From: Terrimicrobiaceae bacterium
Lineage (GTDB): Bacteria; Verrucomicrobiota; Verrucomicrobiia; Chthoniobacterales; Terrimicrobiaceae
Direction: 5' to 3'
Length of the DNA: 64,000 nucleotides
NCBI GenBank assembly: GCA_041752695.1
Contig: JBGSVZ010000113.1
Span: 1-64,000 of the forward strand
Under the pieces are notes generated by a model. That model was not told the DNA's origin. It saw only the letters and a list, made by a program, of their open reading frames with translations, and did not search any database. The position numbers and the translations under genes were made by a program. Every line of letters starts with the position of its first letter. Within the stretch, counting starts at the first letter, position 1. This document shows positions 47,477-57,045 of this stretch, one piece after another.

Positions 47477-48819
47477 TCCTCCTGAAGGCTTTGTGGGCTT
47501 CGGGAATCTCCCGTTTCGTTGGCCCGATGGTTCGCACTCATGGGCTCACTTTCGCAAAGTGGGAGGGACAATGGTGGTGCTACCCCGGAATTCTTTTCCA
47601 ACTCGCTCGCCAGATGTTTGGCATACCCCCATGCGGAAAAGCGGGACTCTGGTTGGTCGGCACCGCCGAAGGCGATGATGAAGGGATCGTCTCCGAAACT
47701 CGTGTATCCATCGTAAAGTTCCTTGGCGGTTTGTCCGGGCTTTGCATCGCTGAAAAAATCCTCGACCAACTGCCGCGCCGCAATGAGTGCCACCTCGTAG
47801 TTGTCGAACTCCCCCAGGCACCACCGCTCGTCCTCATCCATATAGTGGAAGTTGTCATCGACCAGAACGCGATAGCCGCGCCTGGTCGGTTGTTTGGTTG
47901 TGACGAATTTAGTCGGATCAATTGTCGTCTCTCCATCCCAACGATAGGCGCAGAGAAAACCTCCCTTCCCTGTCCCGTAGTCGAGGCAGGCCAGATTCGA
48001 CCGGATTGGGGCCGGCTCCGTGTGCTTCAGCGCGTAGTGCCCAAAGAACGTGATTGGGGCATTCTCTGGATAACCGGTTTGTGGCATGTATTCGGGAAAC
48101 ACATCTGGAACGGTTTCGTTAGCCGGAAAAACTGCCTCCTGGCAGGTCGCCAGAGACAAATCCAACCACCACTTTAACCTGAACTCGCTCCGCATCGTTC
48201 CATCGGCCGTCTCGTGACGATAGCCCCGTGGCAGAATCCCTTCCGGACCATTAACGATCTGGCTCATAATCTCGTAGCCCGAGGTTTTCTTTATGCTGTG
48301 GTTTTCGAGAGTCTCGCCCTGCAGGGGTCCGATTTCGCGAAGTTGATCGATGGCTTCATCGTCCCAGCAGGCATGCACAGCCCGCAGTCCGGGCAGATCG
48401 AGAAAGAGCGGAAGTCCGGAGAACCATTGCATCCAATCCGTCCACTCCTGCATGTTGTCGGCGAATTGATCCAACGTCGCCTGGTGTTGGCGAGTGTTGT
48501 TCTCCGAATGCGGCCGCAGAGGCTTGCCCGAGCTTCCGATCGTGTGGAAACGGAGGGCGTTGATCTCGTGATTGCCGAGAATGGCCAAGGCTGACCCGCC
48601 GTCCACCATGCTCCTCACGGTCCGTAACACTTCGCGAATCATCGGCCCGCGATCAATGTAGTCGCCCAGGAAAATCACTTTGCGATTATCGGGGTGGGCG
48701 TAGTGACCGTTTTTTTGCGTATAGCCCAACGCATCAAGCAAGCTGGCGAGTTCCTGAGCGTGGCCGTGAATGTCGCCAATGATGTCGTATCCCTGTGCCG
48801 GTTGATTTGTTTTCTTCAT
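47473..48819 (-). CDS. Calcineurin-like metallophosphoesterase (PrpE/ApaH-like) fused to an extra C-terminal domain
   Basis: GDIHG, GDYIDRG, GNHE, VHA, FFGHY, CLDY; then YRVLVDDNFHYMDEDER domain. Confidence 0.88.
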   Translation of the reverse strand: MKKTNQPAQGYDIIGDIHGHAQELASLLDALGYTQKNGHYAHPDNRKVIFLGDYIDRGPMIREVLRTVRSMVDGGSALAILGNHEINALRFHTIGSSGKPLRPHSENNTRQHQATLDQFADNMQEWTDWMQWFSGLPLFLDLPGLRAVHACWDDEAIDQLREIGPLQGETLENHSIKKTSGYEIMSQIVNGPEGILPRGYRHETADGTMRSEFRLKWWLDLSLATCQEAVFPANETVPDVFPEYMPQTGYPENAPITFFGHYALKHTEPAPIRSNLACLDYGTGKGGFLCAYRWDGETTIDPTKFVTTKQPTRRGYRVLVDDNFHYMDEDERWCLGEFDNYEVALIAARQLVEDFFSDAKPGQTAKELYDGYTSFGDDPFIIAFGGADQPESRFSAWGYAKHLASELEKNSGVAPPLSLPLCESEPMSANHRANETGDSRSPQSLQEE

Positions 48820-48853
48820 GAGCACAGGATACGCAAACGATCAAAATTCAAAT

Positions 48854-48890
48854 AGTTATGAATTATCACATAGAATAACTTTAGAGTTAT
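48854..48890. promoter_or_regulatory. AT-rich palindromic site upstream of the metallophosphoesterase promoter (LysR-like position)
   Basis: ATAACT-N4-AGTTAT at 48875-48890 plus AGTTAT at 48854; -10 TATCCT 6 nt before ATG 48819. Confidence 0.45.
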
Positions 48891-50161
48891 GCCTCTATCT
48901 GCGGTGGCCGAACGCTATCCCGCGTCTCGGGATTTTCAGGAATCCACACACCTTCAAAGGGGGCCGGCCAGACTGAGCACAACGCATCCCAAGCGGTGGA
49001 GTCGTCGTTGTTGGCATGCGGATTGCATCGGAAGTCCGCATACTCCCAAGCCGTTCCCCAACTTCCTTCATACTCATCGTCATAGCAGAGAATCGTTGGA
49101 TCAGCGCCGTGATCGAGCAGCCTGATGATAACTTTCCCGCTGGAATTCAGGCATGCATCTGCCAGGGGTGTTGTTTCGTTGTATCCCACCAAGTCAACCG
49201 CCGCGCCTGCGCCAATCAAAAGATCAATGGCATCGAGCGCGAGTATGTCTTTTTGATCGGCCTCAGCCTTCGAGTAGCCATCATCACCGGAGTATCGCGA
49301 CGTCGATTCGACAAGCCGCCCCAATGGAGTCTGACTGTGTTTCCTGTCAAAGCAGTTGGGATTTGCCCCGGATTGGAGCGCCGTGCGTATGGCGGGAAGA
49401 TCACACTTCGCTGCGGCGTCCAAAAGCACCCTGTCCATGCTGACAAGAGGCGGCAGGCATGCCTCCCAGTTCAGCGCGTAAAGTTCGGGAATTGAGAGAT
49501 GCTGGAGAAGCTCGCTGGCCAGACGCCAATCGCACCTCCGTGGCGATGGGTCGATCTCGGGAATCTTTCCCTGCGACAACGCTTCTTTGACATGGTGCCA
49601 AGTGGACTCGTCTGTGAGCGACAGATCCAGTTCAATTTCGCAGTGAACCTTGATGCGATTACCCACAATGGCAGCGTTATCCACGAAAGAGGCCGAGAAT
49701 CGCTCCCCGACAAGGATATTCCCCTTCTCCGCCAGTTGCCAAAACCGGCTCTGCAACCAGGTTGTCGCAGCTTCATCCTGCCGATCCGGAAAACTTATTC
49801 GCCGTTCACCAATTAACGGACCGTCGTCCGATTCGAACCGATTGAAGTTCGGATACCGATCCAGCGTGTCTTTCAGAGCCTGACGAAAGACCTCGACGGC
49901 ATAGCGGATGAAAAGTGGCCTAATGACCGGTTCGAAGTAAACCTCCTTGCCCTCCCAGACACCGTCAATGCTTCGATAGACATTATACCATTTCTTCGTA
50001 TTGCCGATCTGAAGCCGGGAAAATGCGGATTGCGCAGAGGTCTCATCGTCCAGCCATCTCCTGCGGGCAAACCTAATCCCAGAGAGCAAACGCAGGCGCT
50101 CCCGAGAAAAATGACGGCACCAGACAAAGGCGGGGTGGCTTGCACAAGGCGCTCCATTCAT
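48887..50161 (-). CDS. Ankyrin-repeat-containing protein
   Basis: ALQSGANPN, LIGAGAAVD...TPLADAC, LLDHGADP; ATGA overlap with the upstream gene. Confidence 0.75.
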   Translation of the reverse strand: MNGAPCASHPAFVWCRHFSRERLRLLSGIRFARRRWLDDETSAQSAFSRLQIGNTKKWYNVYRSIDGVWEGKEVYFEPVIRPLFIRYAVEVFRQALKDTLDRYPNFNRFESDDGPLIGERRISFPDRQDEAATTWLQSRFWQLAEKGNILVGERFSASFVDNAAIVGNRIKVHCEIELDLSLTDESTWHHVKEALSQGKIPEIDPSPRRCDWRLASELLQHLSIPELYALNWEACLPPLVSMDRVLLDAAAKCDLPAIRTALQSGANPNCFDRKHSQTPLGRLVESTSRYSGDDGYSKAEADQKDILALDAIDLLIGAGAAVDLVGYNETTPLADACLNSSGKVIIRLLDHGADPTILCYDDEYEGSWGTAWEYADFRCNPHANNDDSTAWDALCSVWPAPFEGVWIPENPETRDSVRPPQIEA

Positions 50162-52569
50162 CCCATTGCCTCCCTCATCCCCGAGATCATCCAACCGTTC
50201 CACCAATTCAAGGCGCGGCGGCACATGCCGATTTCGTAGGGTCTGCCAGTTCGCCGGCTCATTGGTCCGGGACGTTGGAACATGGTTTCCCACTCAAACC
50301 ATGGCCGGAGATCAACAGGCACTTCGTTCCACGACGGCCAGGCAAGGAATCGCTCGTCCAGGCTCCACTCCCGTTCGTGCCGGCGCTCCACGGCTTCCCA
50401 TGCGCGGTAATCTGCGATCACTGTCGGAACTCTCGCCGCAGCGGATTCGTCCAACCGAATGAATCCATCTTCGCCACGTCTCAGCCAGGGATGAAAGATG
50501 GAAGGGAATGGCTCCAGTTCTTCGTTCTCCAGCACAGGGTTCGGGGCCGTCTGGTGCGCTGCGCGCTGGGCGTTCAGACGCTCGATCACGCGTGGCCGCA
50601 GACGCTCCCAGGCCGCGCCTTCAGTCCATTGTTTGATCCAGTCTTTCTCCTCTCCTCCGGCGGGATAGTCCTCCCACCAGACCTTGCCCATGCTCAGGCC
50701 GGTTGCGATAAACGCCCCATCCACCTCCTTGACCACGGGGAGCAGGTTACGCAGTTGATGGTCGTTGGTGGGTTCAGGCTGGAGCTCCCATTTCTGCTCT
50801 ACATCACGTAAAACCACACGATCGGACCTGCGACGCGGCGCAACTCGGCATACTCGAACCCAGAGCGTTCTAGGCGTCACCGGCCCGGGCTGATCGTCGC
50901 CGCCGGCGAGGCCAGAGAAGTCCACCCACAGGCGGCCACCATCGGGCAATTCCAACGGATCCTGATCGCCCGGGTCGAAGGCCGGCAGAACCCCCACCTG
51001 TTTCGCATCCGGCCGCACCATCCACAACCTGCGCCCCGTTCCAAAGTCCGGCAGTTCCCGCCGAATGCGCCACATCACCTCAGGCGGAGTATTCCACTCT
51101 CGCATCATCCAGCACAGGCAGTCATAGGCCCCCCAGGAAAGCAGGATGGCCAAATCCGGCAGGGTGAGCTTCAAAGGCAGCCCCTTGCTGACATACCCTC
51201 GCAAACGCTCGACATCGTCATGGTAGAGGAAATTGCAGATCAAAGTCCTGTGGCACCCGCCCTGACCGTTGCCTCGATAGAACCACGCAACCTCGGTGGC
51301 GTGAACCAGCGGCAACCCTGCTCCCAACCGTTGAGCTCGTTCGATGTTTTCCCGATTGCAGTTGAAGAACATGGCGCGTTCCCACTCGATATTGTCCCCG
51401 GGGCGCGAAGCTGCCAGCCAGTCGGGCTTGTCCCCAGGCCCAAAATCCATCCCACCATCGATCAGTCTCTCCGCCAGTTCATCGTTGCCACCCGTGATTG
51501 CCAAATACAACGGCTTGCTGTCCCCGTCCCCTGCGGGGCGTGCGCCCGCATCGAGCAAGGCCTCGACAACATCTGTGTGCCCCTCCTTGATGGAATAGCT
51601 CAGCGCCGAGTGGTGTTCGTTGTAACTGCGTTCCAATACCCAGATCGGCAAATCAGCTTTTGCCCCGAGACTTAACGCCAGCCGTGCACCCTGCGCCCAC
51701 CCGCGCACCACGCAGGCTTCCAGGGCCATGTCCACCACCCTGTTACTGAGCCGGGCGACATCCTTGGACCAACTGCTTTTCTGGCTTGGCCCTCTCCCGA
51801 AAGGCTCAAGCCGCTCCACCTCCTGTCGCAAAGTTTTCGGATCCTTCTCCATCACCGCTTGAAAGACCGGATAATCGGAGTTCCAAGCCGCGTTGCAGGC
51901 GATCTCCAGAACGCCTTCGGCGGTGAACCCGGCTTCCGGCAACCTGGCCACAATCCAATCGCTCATGTCATCCCCATTGGAAAATCCCGCCAGCATTAAA
52001 CCTTTTGCGCCCGGGGAAATCCTATCCCAGCATTGCTCGGCCAATGAGCGAAGCCCCAGCCAGCCAATTTCCCACGCATGGGCCTCGACATTGATAAGCA
52101 CCAGGCCGTCGATCTGATTCGGATCGAGATCCGTCCTTTCACCCACTGCCTGCCATTCTTCTACGAGACCCAGGTCCACCCGTGCGGGATAACGCGAAAG
52201 AAAAGTGTGATGCAGCCAGCGGAACCAACCCCGGGGCACTTCAGGTTTCGTGCTGATGATTCGCTCCATCACCGCCGGCCAGTCCTCCGCCAACTGCTCA
52301 GCAACCCAGTCGCGGGCAAAGTCGCTGAAAAACACCACTTCTTCTCTCTCGGACTCTACCTGAACCACCTTTCGCGAATCGAGGTAACCCCGCAAAGCTT
52401 CGGTCCACGATTGGGTCTCTTCAAAACGCCGTTGCAATTGTTCCACAACGATTTCGCGTGCTCGGGCCTCCGCTCCTTCCCGGGTCGCGTGTTCGCTATC
52501 AGGTTTCGGTTTTTCTTTCGGCCGCGAAAACGACCACGGATCGGGAATGATGACTTGGAAAGTTTTCAT
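50158..52569 (-). CDS. Large hypothetical protein with ankyrin-like repeats
   Basis: SALSYSIKEGHTDVVEALLDAGA, PLYLAITGGNDELAERLIDGG. Confidence 0.7.
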   Translation of the reverse strand: MKTFQVIIPDPWSFSRPKEKPKPDSEHATREGAEARAREIVVEQLQRRFEETQSWTEALRGYLDSRKVVQVESEREEVVFFSDFARDWVAEQLAEDWPAVMERIISTKPEVPRGWFRWLHHTFLSRYPARVDLGLVEEWQAVGERTDLDPNQIDGLVLINVEAHAWEIGWLGLRSLAEQCWDRISPGAKGLMLAGFSNGDDMSDWIVARLPEAGFTAEGVLEIACNAAWNSDYPVFQAVMEKDPKTLRQEVERLEPFGRGPSQKSSWSKDVARLSNRVVDMALEACVVRGWAQGARLALSLGAKADLPIWVLERSYNEHHSALSYSIKEGHTDVVEALLDAGARPAGDGDSKPLYLAITGGNDELAERLIDGGMDFGPGDKPDWLAASRPGDNIEWERAMFFNCNRENIERAQRLGAGLPLVHATEVAWFYRGNGQGGCHRTLICNFLYHDDVERLRGYVSKGLPLKLTLPDLAILLSWGAYDCLCWMMREWNTPPEVMWRIRRELPDFGTGRRLWMVRPDAKQVGVLPAFDPGDQDPLELPDGGRLWVDFSGLAGGDDQPGPVTPRTLWVRVCRVAPRRRSDRVVLRDVEQKWELQPEPTNDHQLRNLLPVVKEVDGAFIATGLSMGKVWWEDYPAGGEEKDWIKQWTEGAAWERLRPRVIERLNAQRAAHQTAPNPVLENEELEPFPSIFHPWLRRGEDGFIRLDESAAARVPTVIADYRAWEAVERRHEREWSLDERFLAWPSWNEVPVDLRPWFEWETMFQRPGPMSRRTGRPYEIGMCRRALNWWNGWMISGMREAMG

Positions 52570-52614
52570 GGGTATAAATGCATTGTAGCGGGAGCGAGGG
52601 ACAAGGGTGGTCCC

Positions 52615-52971
52615 TCACTTTTCCCCCTGCTGATTTCGGAGGCATCTTTCTGCTTCGCGTTGAAAATCCGGGGCTCGTAGCGCACTCTGCAGCCATTCCT
52701 TGGTGGCGGAGCCAACCGGGATGCCCAATTGGGCGGCGCGAGTGACACCTCGGATGACCGCGTGGGTTTGCAGTCGGACTGGATAGGCCCTTGGACCCGA
52801 GGGCCGGGTCGCTTCGAGACGACCACCGCCCGAGATCCGGAAGTGTTCTCCCAATTGGATCGGCCTTCCGCTGAGAGTTTCGGTGAGGTAAGCCGAGTAA
52901 TAGGGGATTTGAGTGTTGGTTTCCTGAAGGAGAATCTCCCCCAGCTGACGGTAGGTTTTAGGTGTAAGCAT
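52615..52971 (-). CDS. Hypothetical protein
   Basis: Co-oriented ORF filling the gap. Confidence 0.45.
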   Translation of the reverse strand: MLTPKTYRQLGEILLQETNTQIPYYSAYLTETLSGRPIQLGEHFRISGGGRLEATRPSGPRAYPVRLQTHAVIRGVTRAAQLGIPVGSATKEWLQSALRAPDFQREAERCLRNQQGEK

Positions 52972-53090
52972 AGTGAGTCTGCGAATAGCGATGTGCAATT
53001 GCGACTCACGGGCGTTAACTCATGCTGCGAACCATAGCCGCTTAACGTGCAGCGTGGTATTTGGATATTCTCATCCCACCTGACTTTTGA

Positions 53091-53139
53091 GTCAGGCCAG
53101 CCCCTTTTCCAGGACCTCAATCAACGTGTCCTTCAACCT
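53091..53139 (-). repeat. Diverged duplicate of the LysR gene 3' end (54157-54205)
   Basis: 43/49 identical by manual alignment; encodes RLKDTLIEVLEKGLA* versus RLKDTLIEVLAQGLA*. Confidence 0.9.
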
Positions 53140-53172
53140 CCCTGAACTCCTCGGGCGCGCTGAGATTTCGGA

Positions 53173-54075
53173 TCAATCGGCAACCCAACTCAGAACGGAA
53201 GAATCGGCAGCGGCGACGTTTTCCGTGGCCTCGAAATAGGCCTTCTCCAAATAGTTGAGCGACCCGTGATAAGGAGTAACGTCACGGTTCTCGCCTCCCT
53301 TGGCGAACTCGATCAGCCTCCGGCATTTCTCCAGGATTTCGGTGCGGTATTGGTCGTCATGGAAAAGGAAGATGCGGCGTCCTCTCGCATGAAATGCCTT
53401 CCAAAGAACCAATCCATCATTGCGGGCTACAACGACACCGCGTTCAATTCCAGCGCATCCCGCAACGCCGCAGCTACAGGTAAAGATTTCGTGCTCGTCG
53501 CTTTCAACCGTTGAGCGCAGCAGTGAGCCGGGACAGATCGTTCCCTGATATGGCTCCATCCCATCAATCAAGAGCTTGAGTGACATGGCCTCCGTGTTTC
53601 CGTCGGTTTCCTCCACCAAATCGAGCTGAAGTCGTGAAATACGTCCGCCCAACAAGCGGTGGAAATCTGCAAATGTTTTTGGCGCGATCAGACGCGCATT
53701 CCACTCGTCCGCAAAGGAGCGCACATGCCGGACGAACTCATCATGCCCGAAGTATGCGAAGCCAATGCCTTGCCCCACATGGCGCATGTGAACCCGGACC
53801 ACGTGGGGCTCGGCATCCATCTCGGCCGCGGCGTCGAAGAGCACGCCGGGAAGTGGTCCTGTGCCATCCTCCACCTCGTCGTCGGTGGTCATTCGGACGA
53901 AAATCAAGAACCGCCTTTCGCCGAATTCTCCGTAGAGGAGGGAATTGCAACCGAATCGCTCTTCCGGCACCCGTTTGGGCGTGATCTTGCACCGGTAGAA
54001 CGCCGAAGCCGAGACCATCAGCCCGCGCTCGATGACTTCCGCTGCAAGGTGTGAGTTGGGATGGGTGAATTCCAT
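53173..54075 (-). CDS. Hypothetical two-domain protein with C-x-C-G-x3-C motif
   Basis: IFTCSCGVAGCAGI; lies between the two copies of the LysR 3' end. Confidence 0.65.
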   Translation of the reverse strand: MEFTHPNSHLAAEVIERGLMVSASAFYRCKITPKRVPEERFGCNSLLYGEFGERRFLIFVRMTTDDEVEDGTGPLPGVLFDAAAEMDAEPHVVRVHMRHVGQGIGFAYFGHDEFVRHVRSFADEWNARLIAPKTFADFHRLLGGRISRLQLDLVEETDGNTEAMSLKLLIDGMEPYQGTICPGSLLRSTVESDEHEIFTCSCGVAGCAGIERGVVVARNDGLVLWKAFHARGRRIFLFHDDQYRTEILEKCRRLIEFAKGGENRDVTPYHGSLNYLEKAYFEATENVAAADSSVLSWVAD

Positions 54076-54157
54076 GGTTTTTCGCAAAGGGAAGTGATCC
54101 TTGTGAAGTTTTCCACCTCCAGCCATTCACAAAAATTCAGGTCACATGTCTCTGAAG

Positions 54158-55045
54158 TCAGGCCAGTCCTTGTGCCAGGACCTCGATCAAAGTGTCCTTC
54201 AACCTTTCCGAACCCGGTCGAACATCCAGCACCCGCCGATGCCAGGCCAACCCCAACTCGCGTTTGATCGGACGCAGCCACGCGGGATCATGGACGGTAA
54301 CCTGCTTGTCGAAATATGCCGCCGAGATGTGCGGGAGAATGGCAGCGGCCACACCGGAGCGAACCATTTGCGCCGCCTGGGTGAAGCTTGTGCAGCGAAA
54401 GACGATGTTCGGTCGCTTCCGCAGTTTTGCCGTAGCCAGTTCGAAAGCCTCCAAGAACTCCCCACCAATCGAGATGGCAAGAGGCAGTTCAGTCGGGTCT
54501 TTGCGTTCACCCGCACCCTTAGGCGCGAACAGTCGATAGCGCACTTCTCCCAAAGAATGAAATTGCAGTGGATGCACCAACGCAGACCGCCGGATGATCC
54601 CGAAATCCACGGTATGCTCCAAAAGGCCGCGCACGATGTCACCGGTTCTCCAGTCCAGCAGCGAATACGTCCCTGGCACCGCCGTCGAAGCGCGTCCCAT
54701 CTGGGGAGCGAGCAACCACTCCAGCACGCTGTTACCGGAGGCGATTCGAAACTCCACCGGCTGCCCCGCACATTCCGCCTTGAAATCCGATAGCCCCTGA
54801 AATTGCAAACGAACCTGGCGAGCCAATTGCCGCCCTGCCTCCGTGAATTCCAGTCCCTTTCCCTTCCTCTTCGTCAATTCTACGCCGAAGAAGGACTCCA
54901 ACTCGCTGATCTGCCGGCTGATCAAGGATTGCCGCGAAGGATCGCCGTCGGCCACCCGCGCAATCGAGCCCACCTCGGCCACATCAATGAAGCTTTTGAG
55001 CCGGTCAATAGAAAGTCCACCGAGAGAAAAGAGATTTTCAAACAT
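54158..55045 (-). CDS. LysR family transcriptional regulator
   Basis: LKSFIDVAEVGSIARVA...QSLISRQISELESFFGVELTKR...FTEAG. Confidence 0.92.
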   Translation of the reverse strand: MFENLFSLGGLSIDRLKSFIDVAEVGSIARVADGDPSRQSLISRQISELESFFGVELTKRKGKGLEFTEAGRQLARQVRLQFQGLSDFKAECAGQPVEFRIASGNSVLEWLLAPQMGRASTAVPGTYSLLDWRTGDIVRGLLEHTVDFGIIRRSALVHPLQFHSLGEVRYRLFAPKGAGERKDPTELPLAISIGGEFLEAFELATAKLRKRPNIVFRCTSFTQAAQMVRSGVAAAILPHISAAYFDKQVTVHDPAWLRPIKRELGLAWHRRVLDVRPGSERLKDTLIEVLAQGLA

Positions 55046-55102
55046 GATGATAAAGTAATCTTTCAGTCAATACACCCACAAACGCCGCATGCGAAGTCTC
55101 AT

Positions 55103-55717
55103 TCATTTGCTCGCGTTGTCTGAAAAATTTCGGAAATACCAGTCGACCTCATCTCTCCGGACAACCGGATCGGGGATTTGTCGCAGCGCCCAGTTCAAAA
55201 GTGGCCGGTAAGGAATATCCGCGTGATGCCATTCCACGCCCGCAGCCCTTTCCTGCATCCATTCCTGCCGCACCCGCTCGAAGGCCTCGGGGGACAACTC
55301 CTCAAAGGGTAAGCTTTCTCGATCTTCCGGCACGGTGTTTTCCAGCCATGCCTTGTGCATCTCCGCCTGATATTCCGCATGACTGGCCCCGGATTCAAAA
55401 CACGAAATCAGTCCATCAAGGTCCCAGCAACCATAGCCGTATGTTTCCGAACACTCGAACACAACTTCCCCTGGCGTTCTCGGGTCGGCATCCAGCCACT
55501 TTCGCTCGACAGGAGAAAGTGGGAGAAGAGCCGTGTGCAGATAGTCGGCAAGCCACGCAACATACGTCTCATAGTCGCCGGCCACCCGACACGCATCCAG
55601 CTCCGTGCCATCAGATCGTTTCGGAACGGTGAAATCCACAAATGACCGAGGGGGAAAATTCTCCAAAAACCAGCTCATATTTTTACTCCCTAAAAACATA
55701 GAGGCCATGAGGGACAT
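55103..55717 (-). CDS. Hypothetical protein
   Basis: ORF between LysR and the divergent operon; start uncertain. Confidence 0.55.
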   Translation of the reverse strand: MSLMASMFLGSKNMSWFLENFPPRSFVDFTVPKRSDGTELDACRVAGDYETYVAWLADYLHTALLPLSPVERKWLDADPRTPGEVVFECSETYGYGCWDLDGLISCFESGASHAEYQAEMHKAWLENTVPEDRESLPFEELSPEAFERVRQEWMQERAAGVEWHHADIPYRPLLNWALRQIPDPVVRRDEVDWYFRNFSDNASK

Positions 55718-55785
55718 CGGCAGTCCTTTCTTCTTTTTTTCTCCGGTGACCACAGATGTCCCTGGGTCTTGCCAGAATGTGGCTA

Positions 55786-56700
55786 ATGAAAATCCAAGAC
55801 ACACCCACATCCGCCCACAATCTCACCGCTTGGTTCGTTTCCGTTCCCACCGTCCCCGGCATTCCCAGCTACACCGTCCTTGAAGAGGCCATGGAAACTC
55901 AAACCGGCCTGCTTCATGAAACCGGAGACGTCAACGAACTCTTGATCGAGAATCCAGGGGATCTGGATCTCTTCATTCAAGCCGGCGATATTGTGAAAGG
56001 CGGACGCCAGGATCGAACGCTTGGTGCGGACTTTATTGTGCCGGCCAGGTCAGGGAAGGTCCCCATTCCGGTTTTTTGCGTGGAATCAGCCCGCTGGCAC
56101 AAACGCCGCAATGAATCGGACGCCCACTTCTCGAAATCCAGCGATTTTGCGTCATCGAAGAAGCTGCGAATGGCACTCCAGTCCAAAAAGAGCCAGGGCG
56201 AAGTCTGGGCCTCGGTCGAGGAAGATCAGGCCAAGTTGAGCGAGAGCATCGGACTTTGCGCGAAAGCCGCCATGTCACCATCCAGTATTCAACTTTCCTA
56301 CGAGATGAAGGAGACTACCGCCGCGGTGGAGGAATATCTGGCGGGTTTGGAGGCCGCCCCATCCCCAGAAGCGGCGGGCGTGATCTGGGCCATCAACGGA
56401 AAATTCAGCCACGCCGATGTTTACGGAGATGCGGCTCTGTTTCGAAAGGTTTGGAAAAAGCTCCTTCGCGCCGCCGCCTTTGAGGCCATCGGCGAGCGAA
56501 CCCAACCATCCACAGACTTGCCGACCGACATTGCCGAGGTCTCGAAATGGCTTGAAGAAGCCAAAGCTGCCACGGCGGAAGAGGAAAACCTTCCCCCACG
56601 GACACGCCTCTCCACCCGCAGGGCCAAGTCGCAGCTCCGGTTCGAGACCCGCGATACGGCTGTCGCCGACCCGATCCACCTCAGCATCCTCGCGCAGTAA
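55786..56700 (+). CDS. DUF6569 / ARPP-1-like protein
   Basis: ETGDVNELLIEN...LFIQAGDIVKGGRQDR...FCVESARW...QGEVW. Confidence 0.8.
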   Translation: MKIQDTPTSAHNLTAWFVSVPTVPGIPSYTVLEEAMETQTGLLHETGDVNELLIENPGDLDLFIQAGDIVKGGRQDRTLGADFIVPARSGKVPIPVFCVESARWHKRRNESDAHFSKSSDFASSKKLRMALQSKKSQGEVWASVEEDQAKLSESIGLCAKAAMSPSSIQLSYEMKETTAAVEEYLAGLEAAPSPEAAGVIWAINGKFSHADVYGDAALFRKVWKKLLRAAAFEAIGERTQPSTDLPTDIAEVSKWLEEAKAATAEEENLPPRTRLSTRRAKSQLRFETRDTAVADPIHLSILAQ

Positions 56701-56703
56701 TCC

Positions 56704-57045
56704 ATGTGGCTCGCAACCCAACACGGCTTCTATTCCATTGTTGAGAAGAAATCCGGGGAGTTTCACGTCCGCGCACGCTGCCGCAAAGATCTGGAAAATC
56801 TCGTCTCGTTATCAGGGCTGGCAACGCCGATCATCGAGACACTGGCCGGCGACTACCGTTGGCGGCTCGTCGTCGGAAAGTCCGAGGTTTTGAAAGTGCT
56901 CGCCGCTCTGGGTGACTCGATCGACTATTTCAACTTCAAGGATCGCATCCACGATCTTCCAGACCAGCGCGAAAAGGCACCGATCTATTCTCGGTTGTGG
57001 TCGCAGCTCTATTCGCTTCAATCGAAACAAGGAGGCCGGTTATGA
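56704..57045 (+). CDS. Conserved hypothetical protein (phage/conflict-locus family)
   Basis: MWLATQHGFYSIV...VRAR...DYRWR...IDYFNFK. Confidence 0.75.
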   Translation: MWLATQHGFYSIVEKKSGEFHVRARCRKDLENLVSLSGLATPIIETLAGDYRWRLVVGKSEVLKVLAALGDSIDYFNFKDRIHDLPDQREKAPIYSRLWSQLYSLQSKQGGRL

